The notes under the pieces: generated by a model
Seen by the model: the letters and a program-made list of their open reading frames with translations, nothing else
What the model was told of the DNA's origin: nothing
Database searches by the model: none
Part shown: piece after piece, positions 49,387-63,600 of the stretch
Numbering within the stretch: position 1 is the first letter of the stretch
How the letters are laid out: the number at the start of each line of letters is the position of its first letter
Assembly: GCF_026571515.1 (NCBI RefSeq)
Contig: NW_026852705.1
Location: 1 to 64,000 of the forward strand
Reading direction: 5' to 3'
From: Ruditapes philippinarum
Lineage: Eukaryota
DNA: 64,000 bases
Program-made: the position numbers and the translations under genes

Positions 49387-50341
49387 ATTATATTAATACT
49401 GTTTGGACCAATGGGATTGCAGCTAAATTTAGATTATATAATAATATCTATTATTAATAAGATTATCTTCACCAGAATTGGTGTAACCGCTCTGCACATG
49501 ATGTGTGATTCCAACTTCCTGCACTAAGAAAGTGCTGTGAGAAAAAATATACACATCAGGTATACCATTTGTAATTAGACATGTGTATTAACGAATTTGT
49601 TTAAATTCTGGTAATGAACTTAACTTAAAAAAAGTATTATTTCAGATGTAGAATAATTCATTCTTCATTTTAGATTTAAAATGCTGAACTCATTTCGATT
49701 TAAATGATATATAATAATTTATGTGGGATGAATGATACATGAGCACGTGCAAGCGAACTGTATAACCGGGGACACTTCCGGATCTGAATAGGAATGGATG
49801 AAAATTCCACGAAGGTTTGTGTGTTATTATGTAATGTCTATGAGGCAAAGATGTTTAAATATAAATTAATGTCCTAAATAATTAAAAACTTTAGTATCTT
49901 TCAGTGTATTCTACATATATACATTACTATATCATTTCATTATAGTCTATAGATACATCCGGTTCAGCTTAAAAGAAATATTTACGTTGATATATCTAAA
50001 TAAAGATAACAGTAATTCGCGAGTATAAATAAAGGGATTTACCTTATATAAAACTGAAAACCTGTAACTCTTTATTAATAATATGCGAAATTACAAATAA
50101 TTATTCATAAAATTCCCGTTAGTCAAATGACAAATAAGCTATATAACTTTAAGTAGCCGACTTTAAACAATACAAGAACTTGAAAGCTCCTTGGCTAAAT
50201 GCACCTCTTTTATTAACAGCAGCATCAACGGTATGTTTTAAGCAGTTCATAACATGGCAAAGGATATACGTGTATAGTGTATTTAATAAAAAAAGATGTT
50301 ACCATATGTATTTATTTTCCCAATACTGATTCAACATTGAT

Positions 50342-51214
50342 TTAAAACACTATATTGTTTTCTTCCATAAAAATTTTCACTTTTAGTTCTAATTCCTTCC
50401 GTGCCTCTTTTCCTCCAATCTTAATTGGTTTTCGTAAAGCTTCTATATTCCTTATAATCGTTTGTACATCCGTTTTGCAGTCCGTTTTATAATTTTTTGA
50501 CAGTGAATTTTCAAGTGCAAAAAACCTTGGTTCTTTGGATATACTCATTTCATTTGTCTTTTGATTTCTAGCAGAAATAAAAGATGGGAAGCTATGAGAA
50601 GAAACAGAACGAATGACTTTTTCATTCCCTGCAGTTGATGGCCGTGACCAGTCAGTAGTCATGGCTAAGGGGGTCCAGTCTTCTACTTGTACCTCGCCAG
50701 TTTGGTTGAGTAACTTTGTTTGAGCGGGAACTGTACGAGGACGGTTGTTTACATTCCCTGTTGCAAAGTTTTCTCTACGTGGGGAACCAGCCTCAAATTG
50801 AACAGTTTTTGGTCGAATCATTGGTGCTATGAACATAAGAGATGAGGCTGAATGTGTGTCACTTTTTGGTCCATCCGCCATGAGTCTCCTTTCAGCAGCG
50901 GCTGGAAATGATGCACTTTGTGGTCTATTAAATTTTATCCTAAAACCTTTGCGTTTTTGTTTATCTTTAAATGTCTGTATTTCATGATCGTATTTTGATA
51001 ATATTTTGAACCGTTCTTTCCCTAATTCCATCATTCTTGCTCGAAGAAGTCTTTCCTCTGTGATATTTTCTGCAAGTTGTCCAGAGTGAATGCGAGATGT
51101 TTCGGGCTCATGCTCTTTACCACTTAAAACCCATTCCTCAATGTCATGTAAAACTGATGTTTTCTTTGACTTCAATCGTCCTGCTGGTGCACTTTTTATT
51201 CTTGGAGGGTGCAT
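50342..51214 (-). CDS. Uncharacterised protein, 290 aa, with repeated RPx[ST] motifs (paralog of 46091-47278)
   Basis: Long ORF; a 5'UTR intron is likely (acceptor ~51238, donor ~51582). Motifs ENITEERLLRARMMELGKERFK and EPRFFALENSL. Confidence 0.85.
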   Translation of the reverse strand: MHPPRIKSAPAGRLKSKKTSVLHDIEEWVLSGKEHEPETSRIHSGQLAENITEERLLRARMMELGKERFKILSKYDHEIQTFKDKQKRKGFRIKFNRPQSASFPAAAERRLMADGPKSDTHSASSLMFIAPMIRPKTVQFEAGSPRRENFATGNVNNRPRTVPAQTKLLNQTGEVQVEDWTPLAMTTDWSRPSTAGNEKVIRSVSSHSFPSFISARNQKTNEMSISKEPRFFALENSLSKNYKTDCKTDVQTIIRNIEALRKPIKIGGKEARKELELKVKIFMEENNIVF

Positions 51215-54200
51215 TGTAATAATGTGCCTGTTTTACTGAAAAATACACAAATGTTACATTTAATTTTCAGTAAAAATACTTGTTCTCGGATGGAAAAATG
51301 AATGATAAGATATTCACATATAGTGATATCCTTCTGTTATTTAACAAGAAAATAATTTAACATTTTTAAATTCTTAAACTGTTACAGATATTAGTATTTT
51401 TGTTCATAGAAACTTATATTTAAATAACTTATGGCGATAAAACTAAATAATATATTTCAAACTATAGAAATTCCTTTTGCATGAAATGATGTTTAAATGT
51501 ACCACAATTAAAAAAGTTATTTGAATTTTACTGTTCTGTTAAACGTAAATAATAACTTAAAACAAAATATAGACATACATACCTCAACGTTTCTGACTAA
51601 AATAATCCTCTATTTTATGAATTTGATTGTGGAAATCCTGAGTAAGAAACCATTGTAATTCTATTGACATTGTATCAATTAATGCCAAATGCTGTTATTT
51701 TGCTGAATAGTTAAAGGGCGCATGTTTTAGATATCTAATTATCTGAACAATCATCCCACGGGTTTCCGTTCAAAATCTTCATACTGTGTCAAATTCATGC
51801 GTGCCCATTCCATTGTCTGTAAACTTTATATTTTGTAACAAATGATGTCCTGTGAACAAATACTATTCATAAAGTTATTGATAGCTTAATGCTATGTTAT
51901 GATCCGTTCTGGCCTATCAAATCTGAGACAAAGGTGTACAAATATAGATCACGATACAGTCTTTGCTAAATCATTGAAAATTCAACGTTTCAAATTACAT
52001 ATACTAAACACAGTCTGTCAGCGTTAAGTGGTCCAAGTATCCGCTATATTCATGCTATAATCCTCATCTCCCATTACTATATCGGTTACACTGTTTCCTG
52101 GTGCTGATTCAAATGATTAAATTGATCTTTTAAAAAAATGTTATAAATTATTTACTTTGTGCATTTTATGAATTGTTTACCTTTGCCTCCTGCATCTCAT
52201 TAATGTTTAACAAATTTACCAATTAGATTATTATCTTATCAGAATAATTTATTATAAAAAGATCTCCGTTTAAGCACTCACTTAAACAGAATCATAACAA
52301 ATTTAGCATAATAAAAATTGGTTTAGTATAATTTAGTTTAAGAAAATTTCGCCCTTGCTCAGTAACGTTTAATAGATATTATACATTTACATATTAAGTA
52401 GTCTCAATAAATTTTCGAGCAAACAAAACGATTTCGAATTGTTTACTTAATCGAATCATCTTACGGACAACTTAAATCTTGTTGATTTATTTGAAGACTT
52501 GACAAGTAAGTTGTATTTACAGATGTAACGGAAATTATAACAACCAAACTGTCCCTTAGATATGCGTTTAATAATTCAATTTGAAAATGAAAGGTACTGG
52601 AATTTATATAAACGAATTTGTTTAAACTTTCGATAAACAAGTTTTATCCATTTAAAGCAAATTCATCGATTTATATAACAATTCAAATGGACTGCCTTTA
52701 TAATAACATTATGACAATTTTAAAATGAATAACATTGGTTTTCTCTGTACTCGGATTGATTACTATTACAAACTCCAATAGTTACTTGCAAAAATATCTG
52801 ATCTATGTCCGATATCGACTGATGTTAAAAGTAAAATAATATTTCGTTACCATGTTTGAAATAGATGAGGTTAAAGCATTACACATAAATATGTATTCAT
52901 CATGATGACTTTGCACAACGCATTAAATAAAATTACAAGTCTGATAACTTTATCTTCAAAATACGCGTGGTTAATTAATCTGTTCTATAATTCATGGCTC
53001 TTTTAGGTTTTTTTTTTTTGTTTATTATACAACTTCATCAAAATATCTAAACTGAATCAGGACTTAGTCTTTCTGATCCAAATTTAAGTGTTAATATTTA
53101 TCAAAAGTTTGAATATTTAGACAAGGAAGGAAGGTTTAATTTAAGTTGGTGAATATGTTAAAGTCTGTATTTTAATGGATAAAATATGCTGATTTGCTGA
53201 TTTCGGGCTGAGGTACACGCTTAGTTTTCAAGTTACATAGATCAGGTTTTTTTGAAACTGTTTTATTTCTGTTAATATGCCGTCAGGCGTGTTTGAAAAT
53301 TACCGATGTTCACGTTTTCATATCTTTGTATATAGAGCAAATAATACTATTTGTTCGGTAAAAAAGGGCAAATCATCGTCATTGTTAAGTACAACGCATC
53401 CTGACAGGAAAATAAAAATCAAGTTAATTATTCTACTTTGCTGGAAGTATATTGATACAGCTTCAAATATTGACCTGTTTATGGTTTTGAACGATAAAAG
53501 TGCGCGGCGCTCTGAATAAAGTTTTGAATGACTAGTACGTTAACTTTGTTCTCGACCTTGTAAATCCATGTTTTATTAATGACCAATTATGGTTTAACAA
53601 AGCAGTAATTATTTTGTCGATATACAATACAAACCTTCTTTTATGAATATTTACACAGTAGATATTATTTTCTTTAATTAGTATTATGTGTTTAAATTAG
53701 CTTTCGTAGAGTTAAACGTATAAAATAATCTATAATCTATTGTAATTGTTTAAAGAACGTTTATAATTGCTTATCGGGAAGATAATGGCAAATGAAATTT
53801 CATCAAAGAATATTTCATTTGTTTTCTGCCTACTATCAAACATTATCGTATTTCTTAAACAAGTGGCAACAAAATCTTAAAAGATACACAGCCGTAGTGC
53901 TCGTAGCGAAAATAGAACACAAACCGTCCCTGTTTTGATATTTACTGTGCATATTACGGAGACCGTGATGATAATGGAGATGAACGTTATGAATATATAA
54001 ATCTGAACACAATGTGCATGACGAGGATTTCTAATTTGATAATTTTGACACTAAATTCAAAACAATACAATAACTTTCACAATATTCAAAAGAACTGTTA
54101 CGTTATGCTACTTTTTGCACATCATTTTCATAGAACTACTTATCCGTGACGGACGATAAGTTTCACATGCGAAATATGCCTGCACGATAAATCTTTTGTT

Positions 54201-55014
54201 TTTAATAATACATGTAATTTCATCCTTTAATTAAACTTTACATATACATACATATAAAACATAAATATAAAGACAATGAAAAATGAAAATCCATACGTAA
54301 AATATTATAAGAGACTCTTTTTTATGTTAATAGGAAAGAAAATCCTTAGCACATCTTACCATAGTGTTACTGTATATACACTGCAGATATATCATACGAG
54401 CATGCATCAGACAGGCCATTTTAAATTAACTTCAAAAAAATAAAGTTTTAGTAAATTTAATTAAAAAATATTACACACAAATAATGAACTGTTATATTCA
54501 CTTAAAATGTAAGATTTTTGTTAAAAATCGTACACTTCTTTTTAAACGTACATGTTTAAGTATAAGTGACCTGCTTTCATTTCAAATAATATCAGTGGAT
54601 ATGTTACATTGGTCCGTGCTCAAGGGTTGGGACATTTATAACAAGGGAAACTACCGTAAACGAATAAGGTTCTGATACAGGAATGGGCGATCATTTTAAA
54701 ACGATATTTACGTACCTTTGTTGTGTCAATAAGACAGAGGTGTATATTAAGGATATATATTTCTTGCATATCAGACTGGCGTTTCCGTTAGTTTTACCCA
54801 TGCCGGAAATTTCATCTGGCATGGGGGGTTCCAGATGAGTCGCGTGCTGTACAATGGCACGATAAAGATGACGTCATTTTACCTTTATGAATGATTTTGT
54901 AATTCATACGCTGTTATATGAAAGTAGTAACGGTTGTAATGATATAAATTTTCATTGAAAATAAAGATAAAGAATTTAAAATATAATGGAATATGGTAGA
55001 ATATGCAAGAAAAA

Positions 55015-55165
55015 ATATCTGACATATGTTTGCGGTTCGGATCGGAATATCCGTCCCTCGGTCACCCGCCCATGGGCGGTAACTCGGCAAGCCTCGTTAC
55101 CGCCCAATGGGCGGGTCACCTCGGGACGGATATTCCGATCCGAACCGCAAAATATGACAGATATT
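55015..55165. mobile_element. GC-rich ~150-bp foldback, Crypton-like non-autonomous element core
   Basis: ATATCTG.CATAT.TTTGCGGTTCGGATCGGAATATCCGTCC...GGC-AA-GCC...GGACGGATATTCCGATCCGAACCGCAAA.ATATG.CAGATAT. Confidence 0.65.
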
Positions 55166-57258
55166 ATTAATATCTCTTCTTTTGAGTCATTATTCGGCTA
55201 TTATTGCTTTGATGCCGTTGATATCTATTGTTACGATTCTTGCGATTCATTCTTTTATTCATTTTTTATTTATCGTCTACTTTGTGCAATTTATGAATCA
55301 TTTACCATTGCCACCTGCATATCATTAATGTTTTACAAATTTACCGATTAGATTATTAACTTATCAAAATGATTTATTACAGAAAGATCATTTGCAGGCA
55401 GTTTATGGTGGCTGATTAACGCCATGTCATGTTTTCGCTTTTTTCGCCACGAAAATGCGAAAACAAGAACATATGACAAATTCAACTGTGTCGTATCTAT
55501 TGTGTTTCTCATTCCAGCATTTTCGTGGTCGTCAACTTTGCCATATCTTCGTGTTTTTATCAGTAGACGAAAAACCGAAAAGACAACATGGAGTAAATCA
55601 GCTATCATAGGCAACGCGTAAGGCAACGCGTATGAGGTATGTTGTAAATTTCAATGATATCGATTCCGATATAACTCGAACATATAAATAGGTGCTACGT
55701 TAGAAGTGCTTTTCTTTGCTTTTATTGTTATTTTCTTAAATTTATTCTAAGTATCCTTATATATCATTATAGAAATAATAATTAAGCGTGTTTGATTTAA
55801 CCGCCGGTACTGACAGAATTACTTACCACAACATTAAACCGAGCCTGCAACATTGTCAATGTTGCCGTTTTGAGCGTTATTTATAGGTTCCGTTTTTTTT
55901 TTCAATGTAATTTCATTTAGTATGTCATTTGTGTTGTATACGCCACGTTACAACATATAGACTCATGCTAGATGAGTGAAACCTTTTAGCTTTCATATAA
56001 GCATATAAATTCATATTTAAAAATATCATGTTTGTCTATCGCATGTATCAGTTATATTTCACTATATCATCAGTTCAATAATAACAAACATTTGTATGAA
56101 TGTAAAAACATTTGCAATGTATGAATGCAATAGTTTTGTACATTCTATTACTTTGTCATCTTTTTGAAAGCATATTATTATAGTATGTGTTTTATCATAT
56201 CAAGTTTTATTTATTATTTCTTTTTGTATATTTCACAACGATCACAATTCTTTAACAGAAATATCATGATTTTAAGAGTTCCTTCTTTCTTTTGCTAAGG
56301 GCTCGTTTTAAATGACAAGGTCTCGGTTGTTTTTTAATCCACAGTACTGACGACCAAACTGTTATTAAGGACGTATTGTTATTCGCACATATTGATAATC
56401 AAAAAATAGTTTGACAAGTAGAAACGCAAAGTCGGTCAAATATTGAGATATAACATGTATGTTAACACATTCAAATCATTGCTTTAAACGCGTCTTTTAT
56501 GTATATAAAAAGCATTTACTTTGCCTTTGAACCATTTAAAAAACAAATTACTGCACTGAAATCAATAAGGGGTATTTGTTTATTTGCACATATATATCGA
56601 TATACGCGTTGATAATTAATACTCGTATATGATAACATTAAACAACCCATACAGAGGTATTATGATATACGACAAGTATAAAGATTAATCCCGGTGGTTG
56701 TTAGGCTTATTGAGCATGTAACAGAAGATTTTCTGCCCCATTGATCATTAATTTAAACCACTGACGGATTTATAGCATTGGATTTCGACTTTCTGTGTAT
56801 CAAAGAATTGAAAATACATGAATACCGATTTAAAAAGCCATTTGTCATGTTAAGCGTTTAGTTTTAAAAGAGTGATACATGATTCTATAGACGACCAAAC
56901 AAATATGTAAGTGCTCAGTTTTATGCTATTTTAACTAACAATGTTTTAAATTTTTTAGCTTATATATCTATTGTCAAATGTTTGTTCTATTCTTATTTAT
57001 TATACTTATTTAACGATATTTTTTCATTTTAAATAATGTTTGATTTTTTAATGATTAAAAAACGAAATCGGTAGTTAGATTATTTCACGGATTAAAATCT
57101 ATTTAGCAATTAAGGGTATATATAATAAACAATGTATAAAGGAAAAGCAAACAAGTTATCTATGTACATTTAATTTATTATGTCTTTGAATAAAATTAAT
57201 ACTTAAATTGTTTTAGACAACTACATACATTTGAAACTATTCTACAAAACAAGAAGAG

Positions 57259-58282
57259 ATGGCGAATCGTGTTTCATCACCAGACTCTGCTTCGAGTTCA
57301 GCAGATTTACCAAACGTACACGGACTCAGTAAGGCGCATGCACATCCTGAGGAATGGACTCTACCACACGAGTGGAATATTGAAAAGCGAGAAATGTTTG
57401 ATGTAAGTGTTACAGCATAAAATATTATGATGAAATCTTAAATAATATTGTTACCATAAGCTTTTTTTATCTGTCTTTGTCTTAATAAGGACTCTCGTAT
57501 TATAAACAGCGTGTTATTAGAATTATACCCTACATGTTGTTATCAGTTTGTTTTTATGAATATTTGCAGAATTGGAAAATGGACGTGCAGAATCAAATCT
57601 CGAACATTGCAGGGCAACTGGTACGATTTGTTTTATAATCTTTTAAAACACCGTTCAGGGATATATTTTTATCCACTTTTTTACATATATTTATAAATGT
57701 TTACAAGCACCACTCAAGGGATTTTCTATTGCGTAATTAATCATATATGTATATTAACATCATTTTGAAATTTAAAAGTTTTGTTTTGAATCTATGACTG
57801 TTAGTTTAAACGTTTAGTCATAATTATTCTTTCGGATCGTTTGTCGAACTTTTGACAGCAACTGTATGACGCTAAAGTAAAGACGAAATGTAAGTTTAAA
57901 CTAACCTGTTAAACTTACAGTTTGTCTTTAAAAGCCAAAGCATTTGTTTATTTATGAGCATATAATGACTTTATGAAAGAAAACAACAACAACATCAGCA
58001 GCATTTCAATTTAGATGAAAATCATTCAGTAACTTCAGTGTCATTGTATTACCTTCCAATTGATTGCAATAGCATAATAACAAATTTTATATCGAACAAT
58101 TTATCTATATTTTCGTGCAGACTCATTCCCTGGAAAAACATCCTAGAAGTGACATTGTAAAGTTAGACTACAGCGATGCAATTGAAGACAACGAGTTACA
58201 TAAAGCTGTTATACAAAAAGAAAGACAAGCAGGAAATACCTTAAACTACGGACTAGCAAGAGTTCCTGTTCCTAACAGATAA
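57259..58282 (+). CDS. Small spliced uncharacterised protein (~118 aa)
   Basis: Exons 57259-57402, 57570-57620 and 58121-58282, all phase 0 and GT-AG. Protein MANRVSSPDSASSSADLP...WTLPHEWNIEKREMFDNWKMDVQNQ...NYGLARVPVPNR*. Missed by the ORF track. Confidence 0.7.
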
Positions 58283-59080
58283 TAAAATACTTTTGTTTTA
58301 TCTAGGGAAACATAAGAACTCCGAGCAGCTTTCAATTTGTTTGCAAATAGCTTTGCTTGAATCTTTGTGTTAAGGTAGTGGAACATACATTCCCTAAACT
58401 TATTTATATATGAACATCTGCCATACAGTCAGTATTGAGATATATTGTTTCTTGTTCTTGTTATAGTCTAATAAACTTACTTTTCTTCTTACATATATAA
58501 TTAGACATTTGATATTCTTAATCAGTCTTTAAACCTACAAAATATCACATTGAAAATATGCAGCTGTGTGTTTTTCTGTTTTCGTCATGGTTTACGAGTA
58601 CATTATGTTTCTTCTTCTATTCGCAAATAACATCATCTTTCAATCAATGGTGTGGAATGGGTGTAACTATTACAAATCAATCTAACATTCATATGAAAAT
58701 GGTAATATTTATTTTTCTATTCATCTATTATGCATAATCCAATACATGTTTTCATATTAAAGCCTTTTATAGATATGCATTGTAAATATATAATTGATTG
58801 TGGTTTGATGAGTTTACACATAGTAATAACTATTTTGGCTCATGGTCATTATATAAATTTGCCATGCGTGTTTTGTGCAATTCGGGTGCTGTTGAAATTA
58901 TAAAACATTAAAAATATGATAAATTGTTCCGTGTGTGTTTTTTTTCTTTTATACTATTAAGTGATAAGTCTTAAACCAGTTTAGACTGACTTAAATGCAG
59001 GACTGCTTGCAGTTGTTTTATATGTGACGTAAATGATGTCAAATATAATTAACCAGTATGTTAAGCAAAGACAATACGGT

Positions 59081-60657
59081 TTAATGGTATTTCAAAGATT
59101 TATTATGCCTTGCATAATCATCATTTGACTTTCTCAAGTCCCCAAAGAGAATGCTAGGGTGATCATCGTACTCAAAAATACGAAAGTCGGATTCATAAAT
59201 TTTACTTATCATTTCTAAATCATTTATAGGTACCTTTGAGTACATTTGTAAGAAATGTTCTTTCTGCAGTTGTTTTCTTTCATCTGACGTAGAAGAAAAA
59301 CGTGCAGCTTTTGCTAGTTCAATAAATGCTTGTTCTGATATATTATTTATATGCAACTCATCCAACGGAAAATCTTGTCTTCCAATTAAGCCTCGTATTT
59401 GCATTTTCTTCCATGATCTTTGTAAAGCTTGTTTAAAGCTGATGCAATGAGCGTACTGTTTCTGGAAATATTCATCAAAAGGTTGATGTGCTGTATCTTC
59501 AATGGCATCAAGCCATGAAAATCGATTTTTCTTGTCTTTGATTATATCCATTGTTTTACGAGGGAGTTTTAGGTGTCTACCTAGCTCTACCACATCTTCA
59601 GTAAAACTTTCCATCTTACCGACAAAATCGTAATGTGCCGTACAAGGCTTACACAAAGAGGTCATTCTATCAAAATGCCCATCAGGTTTTGCACTCCTTT
59701 GCTTAGGATTAAGAGCTTTTATTACGTATTTGACGTACTCATGGAATTGAAGGTCATGACCACATTTAAGACTCGTAACATTTGGATGTTTCCTTGTTTT
59801 TCGTATTGCGGGAATACCTATTATTTTCCAATACACAGGGTTTGGGGCTAACAGTTTGTCTACATATCCTGACGTTAATCGATAAAACGGATTTCGAACA
59901 AACATAAATCTGCTTGTAACACTGTCTTGTGACATTGACGCAGTTGGAAGAAAACGCTTATCAAAACGAATGCTGTATGGATTAATAACATTTTTAAAAG
60001 CGGGTATCTTTTTCATCATATAAAGTCTTTTAATAAAAGTAGTCCCTATTTTCCAAATAACACAGGTTTCTGTAGAACCCCATTTATAGACACCAAACAC
60101 TTTAGTTCGCCTCTTAGAAGACTTTGTTCTTCGGCATGCAGCGTTTATTCTTTTTGCAAGGTTATAACCATCTGAAACCTTAGCCTCTGTAAGACTGCCA
60201 AAGCTCGTTGAATTCACACATCGCTAGATAAAGAGAGAGAGCCATTCATATTTATTTTTCCACATTAAGAAGAGCAAAATATCTTATAAACAAGCTAGAG
60301 TTTTGTAACATTAGTGCTCCCTGGTACCGCTCTGACACGGATGTAGTATATTCATTGGCAGGTAATTAAAGAAAGTAAAAATAAAAAAAAATGCCAGATA
60401 CCTACCTAAAAGTGATATCGGTCAGCTAATCGTATGAATGAAAGTACTATGAGAAACGGTAAAGCTGTCAATAAACAAGAGAAAAGTTACGAAAATAAAA
60501 ACTACAAACCAGCAACCACATGAAATCATTACAAAATAGTGTACTTGTTAATTTCACAATATATTTCTTACCGTTGTATTCTGAATATGTTTGTGAGAAC
60601 GAAGTCTACGAGTTTTCCCATGCACAAACCTTGAAATATCTTTGGCGATCCTTTCAC
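59081..60657 (-). CDS. Carbohydrate sulfotransferase (Sulfotransfer_2; CHST8-14/HNK-1ST-like), 3' part
   Basis: Main exon 59081-60223 has 5'-PSB-like CVIWKIGTTF, 3'-PB FVRNPFYRLTSGYVDK, HF..MTSLCKPC..HYDFVGKMESF and C-terminal IYESDFRIFEY. Probable upstream exon 60572-60657; the transmembrane/start exon was not located. Confidence 0.9.
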
Positions 60658-63600
60658 CTGAAGTAAACATTTTCTTCTACAATTTCATTTACATGCAAAG
60701 TGTATATGCATGTAAGCTTTTTTTCTTGCCAAGGAATCTAACGGGCTCCATCGGAAAGCAAGTATGTGGACTTTGTAACGTGTTAAAAAAGTTTGCCATT
60801 GATAATATATTTTTAAGGGAATAAGCTCTGGCATGAGTTAAATTTTTTTAAAGCAATCACAACTACAACAATTTGATCGGCTTTTATCTGTTTGCCAACA
60901 CATCGATGGGAAAAGAACGTCATCTGCATGCCAGTCCTGTGCTTTTCTAATTAAATACCAATTAAATATGTATACCTTCTGAACGATAAATGTAATTTAC
61001 AAGCATCTAAAACATTGCAGAAAGGCTAAGTTTTTTATGCACTGTTATTTAAGATCAACATAAGTAACCATGATAACACAAAAACATACATTTGGATAAT
61101 AGGGAGAATATAGTCAAAATAAGATATAAATAACAAAAACAAGTAATGGAAAAACTATAATGAAATATTTGCTAATATTTATAGATTCTCCAAAAGATGA
61201 CTCATGTTCAAATAATACACTAAGAGTTGCATACGGATTCTCTTACATCGTTTTACAAATGACAGCATTGATAAATCCCTACTCTGACCTTTTATTTGAA
61301 TAACAATATATTTAACAAGAAAAGCATTGATGCAAAGCATCAAAGGGCGTCCAAGCAAGAAATGCAGAAAGTGAAGATGAACTAGTAGACATATGATGAC
61401 AAGATATTCTTATAAACTTTTCAATGGTTAATTAGTTTTTACCAGAATGAACGGACGAAAGACATTGTTCATTATGAACTTTGATTGGCATGCTAGAGAT
61501 TAGAATATAACTTGTTATTTCTTTATGATCGTGATTATTAATAGCAACGGATATACATGTATACCGGTACCATCATTTATAATCCATATGTGTAACGCAT
61601 GATCAACACCACACTTGTGGAATTGTCTCTTATTATGTTATCGCTATTAGCGAAGACCCCCTCTTAAGGTATCTGTTCACACTTAGTAAAAATATGACAC
61701 TCATGGTTATATTACCATGTTGATCATGTTGAGCATAATTGTTTATCATACAATAATTGTAATATCTATTTTAATATGAAAAATACAGATTTTATGAATA
61801 TTGTTTTCCTCTCTTTTTTGTGTTTTATGTGCTATTTTAATACTGAGTTTTTACGTTTACTACTCTTTTTTTATCAAATTGTAAAATATTTTAAGAATTC
61901 AATTGTCATATTGACCGATGATTTTAAGTCAAAACTTAACTGGAAAAAGTCAGTAAATTATGCTTAATCTTTCAATATATAATATTGTTTATTCTTAAAC
62001 AATGTACATGTACATTTGTATTTTATTTTATCATTTTTTAAATTATCAATCAATTGAATAATTCATAAAATCTAATTTGTAACTTTGAATTATTCCTCGG
62101 CATCTTTACTAAACACGAATAACAAATTAAAAAAATATTTCAAAGTTGATAGTGTCATATTAATACCATAAAATGTACCCTTTTCTCAATTATTGCACAT
62201 ATTTATTGTTTTTATCTCATATAGATAAAATGAAACATGCTAGTCTTGTTGTTGTTGGTTTTTTTTCCGAATTGTATGTTTATGTATAATAATAATCAAT
62301 AAATTTGAGAGTTGATCTGTATTTATTAATTATTGTAACCAAACTAAGTGACAAACATTCATTTTGGAAAAAAAGCTTATTTATCTGTAAAATATTTGTT
62401 CTGTTCTGTAAGTACTAACGATATCAAACATCTACTCTAAAACCGGGAGAGACCGGACAATAAACGTGTGATACTATTCGCCGGTCACTAGTAAATCCCT
62501 GTCAAAATAGACAGTACATCCCTCTATAAATAGATTTTCGGAATGTTTAGGTCGTCATTTCATGCATTGCGAAATTCTCCAGTTCGCTATTCATTGTACA
62601 TATCGAGACATTTTTTTTAATCAAGCACCCTCATACCGATCGGAATGATCGGCTTTTATTATGACCGACTAAAAGGCTCGAGAAGTTGCTGTCGCCCATT
62701 CACAAAATCTGATTTCATTCCATAAGGGCGCCGCGCTCCGGCGCGGCCGCCAATCACAAACATTGCCATGCGCTCTTTTGTTGACAAATATGTTGTATTG
62801 TATTCACTAATCTGATAAGGTCATAAAAAATAAAGAAAACAAATCAATTGATTGATATTCTCTAAATTAGGGAACACATTTTTTTGTTTATTTTCCTTAT
62901 ACGCTAATTACTTTTTACATGGACACAGCTAAGTCCGGTACAGCTTTATTCTTAAAAATCAAGCACTTAACGGAGATGGTTAAACCCACCAATATATTTT
63001 TGTTAAAAATGTAAGTAGCGTAAGATGATTTTAAACACCCCAAATTGTATGTGCTTCATATAATAAAAACTGAAGAATGTATTATTATATGTGCAAGATA
63101 AATTCATACAGGTTCACATACTTCTCCAAATGCCCCACCCGGCGAGGCGTGCACATCGCGGAGAAGGGGCACGACAGGTCAAGGTCAAGTCATTCTACGC
63201 ATGAGGGATAAGTGGTTGAATATCTGAGGGTTTGTGTAAAACACAAGTGTCTTTAATCAATTTTAAAAAAAGAGGAATGAAGTGTCGGGGTGGTGAAGTG
63301 TTTGTAAATCAAGATAATATATCCGTATATAAGGTGCCCGATGTGTTGTTAACAGGATACAAAAAGGTAAGTTATCTGTGACATCAAAACATTTTCTTGG
63401 ATTTGCTCATTTACATTATTATGAACAGATTGACAAATTTTATGAATATTCCCGAAGCACTTAAAATTGAAACGCAGCGAAAATAAAAAAGGCGAACGTA
63501 TCATTTAAAAATAAATTGAAAATAAAAAACATATATAAAAATACAAAAAATACCTGTAAATGGCAAGTTGTTTGATATAAAAAGCATTGATGCAGCCAGT

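Noticed and set aside
54986-55351. 121-aa ORF
   Set aside because: It runs through the palindrome into low-complexity sequence; not protein-like.
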